A stretch of 64,000 nucleotides of DNA, taken from the NCBI GenBank assembly GCA_965112735.1, contig OZ218952.1, forward strand, positions 682,001 to 746,000, in the 5' to 3' direction. Shown here piece by piece: positions 45,462 to 58,253 of the stretch (position 1 is the first letter of the stretch; every line of letters begins with the position of its first letter). Source of the stretch: Phaeosaccion multiseriatum (taxonomy: Eukaryota; Protista; Ochrophyta, other classes). The notes under the pieces are model-generated. The model was not told the DNA's origin. It searched no databases and saw only the letters and a list, made by a program, of their open reading frames with translations. The position numbers were made by a program, and so were the translations under genes.

Positions 45462-48144
45462 ATGCCCAATCGACGATGTTCCCACCCGGACTGTACCAAG
45501 TGGGCAAGGGGCGGAGGCAAGTGCATGCGACACAGCGACACCAAGGTCGTGGCCAAGCGATGCGAAGTGCCCGGCTGCTCCAAGCAAGTGCAGCAAGGGG
45601 GGCGCTGCAAGAGGCACGGCGCGGCGGTGTGTATCTGCTTCTTTCGGGGGTGCAAGAGACAGGTACGACACGTCGTGTGTGTTTTTAAGAGTAGACAGGA
45701 GAGAGGGGGATTGATTTATTCCTCCCACACCCACCCACTGAAACACCAACGTGCACGTCATGAACCAAACACAAAAACCAAACAGGTGCAGAAAGGAGGC
45801 ATGTGCAAGAGGCATGGCGCGCAGGCCAACGCGGTGACAATGGCGGTCCATGGAGACAAGCTTGTCTGCAGCGTCCAAGGCTGTGACAATCGAGTTCTCG
45901 ACAGCACTCAGGGCAAGTGCCACCAGCACGGCGCAATCTTTCGGCGGTGCTCCGTACAGGGGTGCCGGAAGATGGCAGCGGAGGGGGGCGCGTGTGTTCT
46001 GCACGGAGAAGGGGAGCTTGCTGCAGCGGGCATCTTGGCGGCCACGGCAAGAGAGGAGGCAGCGGCAAGCGCGCGGGAGGTGGCTACGGCGGCGGCGGCA
46101 GGCGCAGCACCAGCAGTAGTGGCAGCAGCAGGAGTAGCAGCAACGGCACCGCGACCCCCACCAACCCCATCACCAGAAGCACAGGCACAAGCACAAGCAC
46201 AGACGCAGCCGCCGGTGTCGCGTCTCGCTTCCAGCCATGAGAAGGGCAGCAGCAGCGGCATGCCGCCCAGAGCCAGTGCACCCGGCACCTCCTCTTCCTC
46301 CTCCTCCTCCTCCTCCTCCTCCTCCTCCTCCTCCTCCTCCTCCACCCCCTCGCAGCTGGAGACGAACGGGTATCTCGGCGACAGCGAGTCGAGGGCGCCA
46401 TACATTGATTTGCTCTGTGCGGCCTCCGAGGCCGAAGGTTCATCCCCCAGTAAGGCTGCTGCTGCGGCCACTGCTGATGCTGCCACCGCCGCTGCAGGGT
46501 CCTCTGCTGGCCGTGATGGGTCTCCAAGGCCAGGAGCTCTCCCTCCCCTTCGGCCTGTTTCTTTTTTCAATGGCAGTGGCAACGGCGGTGGCAACAGTGG
46601 TGATGGTAGCAGCAGCAGCGGCGGCGGCGGCGACGGTGAAGGTGGTGGTGGTGGTGGTGATGGTCCGGGACGGGCAGCAGCAGGCAGGGGTGTGTACCAA
46701 AGTGCGTACGTCGGTAGTTCTCCTACTTCCTACGTCGGTGGTGGTCCTCCTGCCTATTCCCCCCCCGGGGGGCATGGTGGTGGGCATGGCTGGGGGGCGA
46801 ATGGCCCCTCCTCCCACATCTCCTCCATGGGTAGGGGGGGAGGCCCCCGTAACGAAAGAGGAGGAGGAGGAGGAGGAGGAGGAGGAGGAGGAGGAGGAGG
46901 AGGGGGGGGGGAGCGGCTGGGGTCCAGTCGGAGTGGGGTACGCACCGACCCCGGCGGGGTTGGCAGCGGCGGAGGAGGCAGCAGCAGCGGCTGCTGGTAC
47001 TGCTGCTATTGTCGCTGGCGCGAGCGGGTACCCCTCCATCGACGAAAAGGCGTACAGGAGCCGTATCGTTGAGGAGATGCGAGTAGCGGACATGCTTCAG
47101 GACATGAGGGATGCCCAACGAGAGGCGGCTGCTTCTGGGCGGATGATGCGGGACCCTCTCGGCGGCGGCGGCGGCGTGTACATGAGCACCTTGAACACCA
47201 ACTCCACCACCGGCATGAACCACCCCAACAGCAACAGCAGCACGACCCTTCCTGTCGGCCATCGCCCTTTTCACTCCTCGCCCCCACCACAACTCGCACC
47301 ACCCTCCGCTACCAACCACTTCCTCCCTTCTGGGGGTGGGGGCGGCGACCCTTTGTACGCGGGGGGGGGGGATAATAAGCGGTTACGGGGGCTGGATGGG
47401 GGTCCAAGGCAAGCGCCAGAGTTTTCAGCAGAGTTTTGGATGGCAACGACCACCACGCCATCGTATCCACCGCAGCGACAGTCGCAGCAGCCTCCGCCCA
47501 GGGAATTGATGGGGTGGAGAATAGAAGGACCCTCTCCAAACACTTTCGCGGATGGAGGGGGATGGGGAGGAGGAGGAGGAGGTAGTGGTGGAGGGGGAGG
47601 AGGAGGAGGAGGTGGTGGTGGTGGTGGAGGAGGAGGTGGTGGTGGTGGTGGAGGCGGAGGAGGAGGAGGAGGGGCAGGATGGGAAGGGGGATGGGAAGGA
47701 GGAGGAGGAGGAGGAGGAGGAGGAGGAGTAGGAGGAGGAGGAGGAGGGGAAGGAGGTGGTGGAGGAGGATGGGACGGAGGATGGGAAGGAGGATGGGAAG
47801 GAGGAGGAGGAGGAGGAGGAGGAGGAGGAGGAGGAGGAGGAGGAGGAGGAGGAGGACAAGGAGCAGGACAAGGAGCAGGAGAAGAAGAAGGAGGGCGGCG
47901 AAGGGGAGGAGGAGGAGGCGGATGGGAAGGAGTAGGATGGGGAGAGATGGGAGAGGATGGAGAAAGAGGAGGAGACGGAGGAGGAGGAGGAGGACGGGGT
48001 GCGATAGGCGCCGCCTCCACTGACTTACGACAGACACACACCGCCGTGTTCCCCCAAGATTTTGGTACCGAGGGGACGGGGCCGCACTTCACCTCGGACG
48101 AGGCCGTGCAGGGGGAGGGCGGGGGGCCGTGCTGCCTCATGTAG
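45462..48144 (+). CDS. Protein with five C-x4-C...G-x-C-x2-H repeats (WRKY19-like Zn-finger repeats, common in stramenopiles) and a long disordered tail; intron 45663-45785; apparent frameshift at about 46830-46910
   Basis: CSHPDCTK..GGKCMRH, CEVPGCSK..GRCKRHG, CFFRGCKRQ|VQKGGMCKRHG, CSVQGCDN..GKCHQHG, CSVQGCRK..GACVLHG. Confidence 0.75.
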
Positions 48145-48151
48145 ACACATA

Positions 48152-48342
48152 TGTTACGTTACGTTACGTTAGGTTAGGTTAGGTTAGGTTATGTTATGTG
48201 CATATTCATTGAGGCGAATGAAGTACAACATTCATTCAGGCGAATGAAGTACAAATTCATTCAGGCGAATGAAGTACAACATTCATTCAGGCGAATGAAG
48301 TAGGCTTACAATCTATCACGTGCACAGCTCGAGCTGTGCACG
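48152..48342. repeat. Pentamer repeats, four 25-26-bp hairpin-forming tandem repeats and a 24-bp perfect palindrome
   Basis: (GTTAC/GTTAG/GTTAT)n at 48152-48198; CATTCATTCAGGCGAATGAAGTACAA x4; CGTGCACAGCTCGAGCTGTGCACG at 48319-48342. Confidence 0.9.
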
Positions 48343-49247
48343 ACAGCTCCAAGAATAAAAAGGTCAAGGTCAAGAATAGAAAACAGTTTTTTTTCATCAC
48401 CCCCTCTCTTTGCTGTTCCAACTACTTTCAGGACCGTGTTAGGGAATAATTTTTTTTTTTTTTTTTTTTTTCCCTAACCCAACAACTAGGGAAGGAGGGA
48501 TCGATTCATTATTTTTTTTCTGAACTGAACTCAACTGTTATGCCCACCCCTCAAAAGCGCACGCACGCACCCACGCACGCACGCACACACACGACGACCC
48601 TCGGCCTATCAACAGAAAAACTCACACAAAAGGCGAGAGTGGTGTCCGCACCACCCCTTTGGGAATCTCACTACCTGGCGAGCCATAAAATCTTGTCCCT
48701 TCTTGGCCCCCTGCTGTATGCTCAGTCACGCCACCCCTCTCAGCCGTTACAGCGGTTACAATGGGCTCCTGAACGCGCCCAAACATGTTGCGCATCCATC
48801 CTTCAGGCCCTTGTTTCGCTCTGCTGGAGCCGGAAGTTTTTTTTGTGCTTTGGGCTGTTGACCAGCAACACCGCTGTCAGTCCTCGCTGGGCAGAGAGCA
48901 GGTAGAGAGGGAGGAGTCCTGTGGGTGTTGTTCCGCCTCCCCTCCCGCAGCAGGTTGCACCCCTCGCTTGCAATTTGCAGACGCGGCCACAGCGGCTGCC
49001 GCTCACTGCCCCCTCTGTTGCCCCTGCTGTGTCTGTCTCTCTCCTCTGACGGGAGACTCGACTCTTTACGTTTGTACTTCATCCGGAGATTCGAAGACAC
49101 ACTGCATATTGCCCTCCACTCCACCTCCAGGAACAGGACCAACCGGAGCTGATGCTGCACGCCATGCTTGGCTTGCATGGTGTGGGAATAGTCATGCCGT
49201 CGTCATGCCATGTATGCTTGGGAGGCTTGACTCTCATGGCCTCATCA

Positions 49248-50578
49248 TTAAAATGCCGAGAAGTGAAAGTCTTTCGTCCGGTGCAAGTGCTTCTCCGCAA
49301 TGACGTACTGCTCCAGTACCACCTTGATGCCGAGGCTACTCGGAGTACTCGGACGAGTGTCATTTTCATTGCAACTGGGACTCGACGCACCCGTAGTGGA
49401 CTTTGCTGCAGCCCCTCCCTTCTGCCACCTCCCTCCTGGCTCCTCTGCACTGGCTGGGCCGCCCTCCTCAACTGTCGACAAGACACCCTCCCGCTGGAAG
49501 GCGTCCCCCCGCACGTGAGCAACGAGGTTGACTCTTGGTGTCACATAGGTGGTACCAGCTTTGGTGCCAGCCTTGGTGTCAGCTTTGGCTGCCTTGCGCC
49601 CCTCGTCGTACTCGAGCAGCTCCAGCTCACCACCTCTCGCGGCCTCGGGAACCTGCGGCGACGGGGAGCAAGACCACAACAGGACACAAAAAAGCGTGAA
49701 CAAGGGGGCAATGGCGCAGCGTTGCTTTGGAAACTTCTCGAGAGTGAGTCTGCCTTTCTTCTCCATTCCAGAAGAAGCCCTCTCTCTCTTCATCTCTCTC
49801 CCCCCCCTCTCTTCCCTCTCTCTCCCACTCACCGTGACATAGAGCACATCAACTTGGTGCGCCACAAAGTGCGGCATACCCGGGTGCTCGGTCAGGTGCA
49901 GATCGACGGAGAACGAGTCCGATAATGAAGCATCAGCCTCAGCCGCAGGTGCCGTCGGGCAAGCCACCACTACACTGACGCTCATTGTGAACGCATTGGC
50001 CTCCTTTAATCGCGCCTATTCATTCAAAAGGATGGGAGTAGTGGGGGGACACAAGACACGCGAGGGCAGCAGAGGTCAATGGAATAGGCCGATGAGATAA
50101 AGGGCCGCTGTGATGATCCTCTCACCTTGTCGAAGAAGGGAAGAAGGGTCTTCAGTTCGTCTTGCTGCCGCATCTGCTGCCCCCCCTCCCGATTGAACTG
50201 GGCCATCAGCTTCCTCTTCCCCTTTACCTCGTCCTCTCCGCTGCATGACGCCAAGTGGGCGAATCTCGAAAGCAAATCTACCTGTATAGCGTTGATGTCT
50301 TCAGCAGACAAGTAGGAGGGCTCCTGCTGAACCAGAGGCTGTAAACGAGGGGTCGTGATGACCTGCTGCCCTCGCTTTCTGTGCAAAAAATTGAAGACGA
50401 AGCGAGAGAGACAGAGACAAAATATGATGCCTTTCACGGCTACAGACTTCTGTTGTCGTGACCGCTGCCGCGCCTGACGCTGCTGCTGCGGTTGTTGCGG
50501 CTGCTGCGGCTGCGGCACTGAAGAGTCTCGTGGGGCAGGTTGTGGTGGCGCCGACCTTCCCTTGCTCTTCTTCCCCAT
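49248..50578 (-). CDS. Divergent 2OG-Fe(II) oxygenase-like (prolyl-hydroxylase-like fold) protein, 3-4 exons
   Basis: NAF..., VDVLYVT|VP...GGELEL, VTPRVNLVAHVRGD and VVLEQY follow the 2OG_FeII_Oxy_3-type motif order. GT-AG introns at about 50125-50016 and 49832-49633. Confidence 0.6.
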
Positions 50579-50887
50579 GGTCGCCCCCCGGCAGACGCAG
50601 AGGGATCTTTCAATCAGATGAGAGACATACAGTGAAGAAAGGAGGCATAGTGGAGAGAGAGAAGAGAAAGAGGATCGAAAGAGATAGGACGAAGGAGGGA
50701 AAGGAGGGAGAGAGGGGTATAGAGAGGGGAGAGAGAGAGAGAGAATCGTCGTCGGACAAGGGTTTATGGTAATCCACTCGGGGCGTCGCCATTTTGTTTA
50801 GCGCGCGTAAAGCTGCCAATTAACCCTCTCTCCGGTATCGTAGCTCTATATCACTCTCTCTCTTAAGGGTGTGAATAGTGTGGGGTC

Positions 50888-51668
50888 ATGGACTGGCTCA
50901 TGAAACTTCTTCCGAAAAGTGATGCAGCTCCAGTGAGTGCGGAAGAGGGGGGGGGGGAACCGAAGGGGGAGAAGATGAACACGATGAAGAAGAAGGAGAA
51001 GAAGAGGAAGAAGAAGAAGCAGAGGATCAGGCAGCAGGAAGAGGAGAAGGAGGAGGTGGGCAACGAAGACGAGGAGGAGGAGGAGGAGGAGGAGGAGGAG
51101 GAGGAGGAGGAGGCGGAGGAAAAAACGTGTCGAGATCGGGATCCCTCCACGGTGCCAGCAGTGAGCGAAGAAAAGGGTGAGAAAGCGATGAGGGGGGCGA
51201 AGAAGCAGTACAAGACAATGCTTGTTGACAAGTCTGTTGATGAGATTAAGGTCGTGGGGCGCAAGGAAAGGAGACCTGTGGTGGGCGGGAACCATGAGAA
51301 GAAGGAGGAGAGTGAGGGGCGAGAGCCTACCCATTTCTGCCACATTGTTGTTACGCAGCCGCGTGATGCACCAATTGACGAAACGCAAAAGAACAAGTAC
51401 AAGCTTGGACTCCGGGCGAGCAAGGAGCGGATGGACACTGAAAATTCTTGGGTAGTGGAGACTGTGAACCGGGGGAGAGTCGGCGACTTCACTGGCCAGG
51501 TAACTTGGGAGCCTGGTCCTTTGAATTCCTTTTATGCATGCATGTGTATATAGTATGGTCTGTGCATTGCCCTTGGTTCCAATGATGCTGCACAGAGTGA
51601 GAATCTTTGCGCAGTATTCGTTCCTCACACACATTCCCCCGTTGTGTGCAACACAAGCCCTCACCTCT

Positions 51669-51730
<62 letters not shown>

Positions 51731-52092
51731 CTCAATCTATGCCCATCCATCTCACACGTACGTGCAGGTACAGAAAGGTGACCGAATGTGTCAAATCTAC
51801 GGCGTCCACCTTGCAGCTTCTTCCCAAAGCCCTGTCAGGGAGAGAGTGGAAACGGCGACACGGGATCGGGAGAGGGCCGACGAAGCCGCTCGTCAACAAG
51901 GCCAAAAGCCCTCTCCTCATGTATATGTGTTTGAGCGGGGCCCTGACTCCATCAAGCGCATGGCGACCATCAACCATCTCGACACGCGGGCGAGCTTTGT
52001 AACTGTGTGCCTGCCGGGGGCAGAGGCCAAGGCCACCGGCTTCGAGGTGGAGCATCAGCACATGACGGTAAGGAAGGGAGGGAGGGACTGCG

Positions 52093-52133
<41 letters not shown>

Positions 52134-55100
52134 TGTGTGTGTGTGCTGCTGCTGCGCTACGTGCGGGTTTGATGGTGCACATCGACACAGACGCAAATAG
52201 GCATGACACGAGCACCTCATCCTTTCTCGCATTGATACTCAATCGTGTGTGTGCGTGTATGCGTGTGTGCGTGCGTGTGTGTGTTGCAGGTGACGGCCGT
52301 AACCGAGGGGGGGCTGGCAGGGCTGGGCGGCGTAAAGGTCGGTATGCGTCTGCTGGCCATCAACGACGTGTTCCTCTTTGCCCAGGACTACAACTCAGAT
52401 AAGGAGCTGGCTGAGCGCCTCACAATGCCCCCCCCGAACAGTGGTCCTTACTTGGTGCTGCTGTTCAGCCTAGCCCGTCAACCCGGAGAGGTGGAGCCTT
52501 TGCTAAGCAGCCGTGCGCTCATGTACTGTCTTGGCATTCCTGCTATATCGGCTAAGGAAGCGGCAAAAGCAGCAAAGAGTGGAGACAAGAGCAAGCGCAA
52601 GGCCAACAGGGGAAAGGGAATGAGAAAGGACAGCAGTAGCGAGGACGGGGATGAGGATGAGGAGGAGGAGGAGGAGGAGGAGGAGAATGAAGAGGAGAGT
52701 GAAGAGGACGACAACACCCCGGACCCCCCCCTGGGCTTTGGGCTGTGGGAGGCCAAGGACGGAGTGAGGGTGGATAGAATGGTCGGATCCATAGACAGGA
52801 GCGACGACCCTCGCCAGGTCATGGAGGTGGCGGATGAGCAGGACGGGCCCAACGGGACGCGCGTGCTACTGGGGGGCGATCTCGTGTGTGCCGTCAATAA
52901 AAGGAGTGTGCTGGGCATGAATTTGGTGGAGTTTCATGGGGTGCTTAGGGAGGAGAGGAGCAAGGTATGGAGGTCGCTGAACGAGGGCAACACGGGCGAG
53001 AAGGAGGGTGTGCTGCAGGGGCGGTTCCTGAGGGATGTGATGAAGCGGGAGGTGGTCATCACCTTCAAGCGACTGGCCATGCGCTTCCGCGGAGGTGAGG
53101 CCGACGACGAGGAGCGAGCAGCGCTACTCTACCAGTACCACCGAGGCATGCAGCAGTCGCATGCACACTTCATTGTTGTCGAGTGCGAGCGTCAGCAGCA
53201 GCGGCGGCAGCAGCAGCAGCAGCAGCAGAGCTCGCAGAGCCTCCGTGATACGATTGTAAGCATTTCACTGGGCAAAGCGCCCTTCCGAGTCGACGAGATG
53301 AAGAGCTTCCAGGTCAAGCCCCTTGGGAAGCAAAGGTGAGAGGTCGAGTTCGGACAGGACCCATGTTTAACACGGGGATGCTGCGTTGCCCACACTGTTT
53401 TTTGTTTGTTTGTTTGTTTGTTTGTTTGTGCACCCCGTCTCCACGCCTGTCTTTCCTCCTCTCTTCTCCTCATCTTCCTCCTCACCCCCCCCCCCCCCTT
53501 CCCTCCTCCTCCTCCTCCTCCTCCTCCTCCTCCTCCTCCTCCTCCTCCTCCTCCTCCTCCTCCTCCTCCTCCTCCTCCTCCTCCTCCTCCTCCTCCTCCT
53601 CCTCCTCCTCCTCCTCCTCCTCCTCCTCCTCCTCCTCCTCCTCCTCCTCCTCCTCCTCCAGCGACGATGCACCCCCCAGGCTGTGGTCCGGCGCAGTGAC
53701 TCCCTGCCCCGAGTTGACAGGCTCGTGCCCCACCCGCCCGAAGATCCTTTGGGAAATTTTCATGGGTGAGTGCTATTTTTTAATTAAAAATTAATGCAGC
53801 GCTTTCTCGCTGAATGCTCGACCATCCCTTTAAAATAAAAGCGTACTGTCTCAGATAGGGAAGGCTATGTATGGTGTACACATACCGTATATCACCTTGT
53901 GATGAAGTGCTTCTGTTTGTGGTGGCTGGCTCTGTGTTTCTCTTCTCCCTTGTCGCCTCTCCGTGACTGGCTTTTAAGTTCTTGTACATTATGTATCGAT
54001 GGCCTTTTTGTTGCCCCCAGGTGCCCACGGCTACCCACCTGAACCGCCCAAGACCCCCCCCACAGTCGTGCCGGCAGCATCTGCAGCGAAGGGAGAAGGG
54101 CAAGCAGGAAAAGCAGCAGTAGCACCAGCAAAGGGACGTGCGGCAGTTGGTGCTCCAGTCCAGCGGCGTAGGGTCGCCAGCACGCTGTACCCCGACAGCC
54201 GTGTCATCCGAAGCGAAGCTGCGGCCATAGCCGTCCTGACGAAGCGAGACGCCGCCCACCACAGTAAGAAGGAGTTGCCTCCCTTGTGGCTGACCGTCCG
54301 TCACTCGCGTGCGGTCATTGAGGAGGCAGTGAATGGGCAGCTGACGGAAGGGGTTGGCACTGCACAAGGTAGGCGTGATGGACCTTCCGCGGCTCGGGGA
54401 GTGGGGCTGGCAGGGGCGAGAGGAAGAGGCGGTAGTACCAGCAGCAGCGGCAGGGTGAAGAGTAGCGCAGAGTTGAGGGCGGAGAAGAAGAAAGTGGGTC
54501 TGGATTTGATGGCAAGTCTTAAACTGCGCAAAGAGAAGGGAGGGGCAGCACCAGCGGCAGGCAGCAAGAAGAAGCAGCAGGGTAGCGGCAAGGAAAGCGC
54601 TCCGCTCGCTCCACCTGCAGCGCCTGCCCGAGCCAGAGGAGGGGGTCGAAAGCGAAGCAGACACGAGGGCTACGGCACTTCTGATGATGATGATGATGAG
54701 GAGGAGGACTCTTTTGACGAGGACGCGTTATTTGATGATGACGAGGACGACGACATACAGCACCTCTTGTCCAGCGGGGAGGACAATGATGATGATGATG
54801 ATGAGGAAGGGAAGGGGAAGGGGAAGGGGAAGATGAAGAAGGGGAAGATGAAGGGAAAGGGAGCCAAGGACTCTGTAGGAGGGGCAGCAGCGAGTAAGCT
54901 GGCCTCGAGCAGTAGCAGCAGGCCGAGACGGTCACGTCCTAGGGTGGACTACAGTGAGAAGGAGGAGACGGAGGAGGCCCGACTGGAGACCGCGGAATGT
55001 TTGGAAACGACTGAAGTGAGTTATAACAGCACGCTGGATCCTAAGAAGGCCTTGAAGGCCGCTCTGCAGGCGTCTCTGAAGGACGTGGCGCCCAAGGTTG

Positions 55101-55162
55101 ATGAGAAGGAGGGCAGGGAGCTGCATACGAGCAGCAGCAACAGAAACAGACGCAGCAGAAGC

Positions 55163-55197
<35 letters not shown>

Positions 55198-55288
55198 CAG
55201 CAGCAGCAGCAGTCCCAGTAGTCCCAGCAGCACAAGCCCCGGCCACAGCGCGGGTAAGAAGCGCAGGGTAAATGCCCGTGGCAAATGA
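50888..55288 (+). CDS. Multi-PDZ-like protein, paralogue A (exons 50888-51499, 51768-52067, 52290-53335, 53662-53765, 54021-55288)
   Basis: Three PDZ-like segments: WVVETV..G..GQVQKGDRMCQIYG, VTAVTEGGLAGLGGVKVGMRLLAINDV and GDLVCAVNKRSVLGM. UIM-like ALKAALQASL. Splice phases are consistent. Confidence 0.7.
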
Positions 55289-55601
55289 GACGGATGAGAG
55301 GAAAGACGTACGGAAGGACAGAGGGTGTGACGGGGATGACAGGCCAAGAGGAGGTAGACGGGGGAGGAGGATGGGGCAGACAGCAGTGAAGGAGGAGCCG
55401 CAGGACGAAGACAGATAGAGGAGGAAGGACACCTTCTGAGCTAGGAGACGTGGGGCTATGTCTAAATGTAACGTCTTTCTTCCCCCCCCCCCCTGGGAAC
55501 TTCGTCCCCGAGGTCGTACTATACTATCCCTCCGACTCGTCAGTCCTACCCATCGGGACAAAGTGAATCGATCGTTCGTGCGGGCTTGCTTGTTGAAGTG
55601 A

Positions 55602-55793
55602 TCGACCCCTGATACACTATCGCCCACTTTCTCGATAGCGCGCTATCGGCCGCGGCCGATAGCGGATAGCCGGATAGCGCGCCGGCTGGCGCCGGCCGAT
55701 AGCGGATAGCGCGCCGGCTGGCGCCGCCGATAGCGGATAGCGTGCCGGCTGGCGCCGCCGATAGCGGATAGCGGATAGTGTATCAGGGGTCGA
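55602..55793. mobile_element. MITE, 192 bp, with 20-bp perfect TIRs and a 7-bp TSD
   Basis: TCGACCCCTGATACACTATC (55602-55621) and GATAGTGTATCAGGGGTCGA (55774-55793). GAAGTGA direct repeat at 55595-55601 and 55794-55800. Internal GATAGCG subrepeats. Confidence 0.9.
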
Positions 55794-56041
55794 GAAGTGA
55801 GATTGCTAATTGGTTTGGGAATGAAGCATTTGGCATGGGAAGGGAGGGGAAAAAAAAAAAAAAAAAAAAAAAACGGTTTCAAAAAAGGGTGTTCCGTACC
55901 ATGTTATTTTTTATGCATGGCCAGCAAGGCCGCAAGCCGGAAGTTTTCCCGGCCTCTTCTGCCACTGTTCCTTCTTGTACATTAAAAAAGAAAGTGTTGA
56001 TTGAGGCTATGTGAGAGGGGATGGGCTAGAGCACTTCAAAT

Positions 56042-56147
56042 ATGCCGGAGCTCGTGGAGTACACGCTTGGGCAGCGGAGAAAAAGGTACGGCTGCACTTT
56101 CTCCCCCTCTGCCTCTCTTCCCACCTCTGTCTCTCTCTCCCCACCTC

Positions 56148-56199
<52 letters not shown>

Positions 56200-56239
56200 C
56201 CACCTCCTCTCTTCTTCTCTATTTCTCTCTCTCTCTCCC

Positions 56240-56326
<87 letters not shown>

Positions 56327-57878
56327 CTTGTCTCTCCTTGTCTCTCGCGTATTCTGCTGCCTTCCTGACTAAGGCAATAGCCCCCCCTCCTCCGCCCCCC
56401 CGCTCTCCCGCGCTGTCACTCCCCTTCGTCTGCGGCCGTCGGTCCAATATATACAGTGTTGTTGGAGACGCTATTCAGTATCGCATTCTCAATGGATTGA
56501 TCCTGGCCGTAAGCATCGTGGTTGTCATCAAGTCTGTTCGGATTCTCTGGTTCAATCACTGGAAAGCCAAGGCAGATAGACGCGAAAGAGAGGAACGTGT
56601 GGAACGATCGTGCCGTGGCACAGAAGGGAGTGGGATGCCTCCTCGTATTGCCCAAACGAGCCCTAGTCTAAAGTCCAAGATGCTGGAGGACCTCCAGCAT
56701 CCCCTGATGAGGTGGTGGCGGAGTGCGTGCAAGGTCGATGTAGCTGAAGGCGTTTCGATAATGTCCTCGGCCCTGCATGGCAGCATACTAGGGTCACTAC
56801 GGATAGCACTCTATGGGTACAAGGTGAGAAGAGGCAAAGAATTGCGAGGTGCCGCTCCATGTAGATCCGAGAGGGGGGGGGAGGAGAAGAAGAAGAAGAA
56901 GGAGGAAGAGGAGGAGAACGGGAAGTACACGCGGCGTCAAGCGGTATCTTACTCGCTCTATCTTGCTGCTTTCGGTTTGGCTTGAGCTGTGCTTGAGTCA
57001 TCGAGCTGTACCTATGGTGGCTGCTGCCCCCCAAGTAGTCTCATCTACTAACCCAATCATCTGCCGCGTCCCTCCCTCGTCGATCCCTCGCGCCCTTCCT
57101 GCCCTCCTTGCCCCAGACTATACGAGGCGTGTCGGTGTTGGGCGGAAGTGTGACCATCGCTAGGCTGCATGGCCTCGAGATAGTGTTGTTTCTGGTCATG
57201 TTCACGCCGCTCTTCGCTACTCGTATGGTGGAGGTGGCCTGCGGGGGCTGGAGCAAGACCCCTTTGACAGTGTACGCTGTCATGTCCTCATGTTCTCTCA
57301 TTGTCGCCGTCCTCGCCCCCCTCGGTTTCTGTCTCTATGGTACTGTTTCTGCCCAAGCCGCGAGCTTTGTATTCTTTGGAACATTGTTTGTATCCATGAC
57401 CCGAGACGTCGTTTGCGTGTCCTCTGCAATACGAGCAATGGAGAAGACCCTCGCCACCATTCCCAACAGCAAGACGACGCCGCTCTCACAGCGGGGCGCC
57501 GTAGCAGATGCCACCAGGGCTCTGGAGACACTCCACGGAATCAATCGAGAGACATTGGGGTACATTGGTGTGGTGTGGGCCCTGCTCATTGTCTTCAGCG
57601 TGGTGCCCTATCTGAGGCAGCACCACAGCCATTGGGCATTTTTAAGCGTCGTGTTCATGTGTGCGTTCGCCACGGTTACACCACTGGCCCAAGATCAGCA
57701 GAAGGTGGACGTCGGCAAAAAGCAAGCGGCAAGTGGCCGCAGAATAGTGGTGGGAGAATGCACGGAAGGACGGTCGAAGTACTGGCTGGACCGGCCTGAC
57801 ACGGGAGGAAGGTCGAAGTACCGGCTGGACCAGCCTGACGCGGAGCCCCTCCAAGTCAGTCAAGACACCGCCGCGTGA
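56042..57878 (+). CDS. Predicted 7-transmembrane (GPCR-like topology) protein of about 390 aa (exons 56042-56085, 56457-56823, 57117-57878)
   Basis: Phase-2 and phase-0 GT-AG introns give one frame with about seven hydrophobic segments and a long loop between TM5 and TM6. No family motif was recognised. Confidence 0.6.
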
Positions 57879-58135
57879 TAAAAAGAGTCGTAGTTTTGCT
57901 AGACTGGCACCATTCCTGCTGAAAATGTCGAAATGTCTAACTGGCTGGATGGCGAAAATTGGGCCTTGAATCTGGATAGGGGCCAGTCTAGCAAAAGTAC
58001 GACTCTTAACACACACGCGCTGCAATTGATGCCGTCGTTTGTCGTCCGTCCGCCCGCTCTGAGGTCTGACAAAACAATGTATAATTGTATAAAAAAGAAA
58101 AGCGTTTCATAGGGAGGACGAAAGGCGTAGCTTGA

Positions 58136-58253
58136 TCGACCCCTGATACACTATCGCCCACATTCTCGATAGCGCGCTATCGGGCCCCGGGGGGCCGGAT
58201 AGCGTGCTATCGGCCGCCGGCGATAGCGGATAGCGCGCCGGCTGGCGCTGGCG
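58136..58253. mobile_element. Second, partial copy of the same MITE (left TIR plus internal repeats; right TIR missing)
   Basis: TCGACCCCTGATACACTATCGCCCACATTCTCGATAGCGCGCTATCGG is nearly identical to the 55602 copy. Confidence 0.85.

Noticed and set aside
48203-48302. CRISPR-like array of palindromic repeats
   Set aside because: The units are directly adjacent with no unique spacers, there are no cas genes, and the context is eukaryotic.
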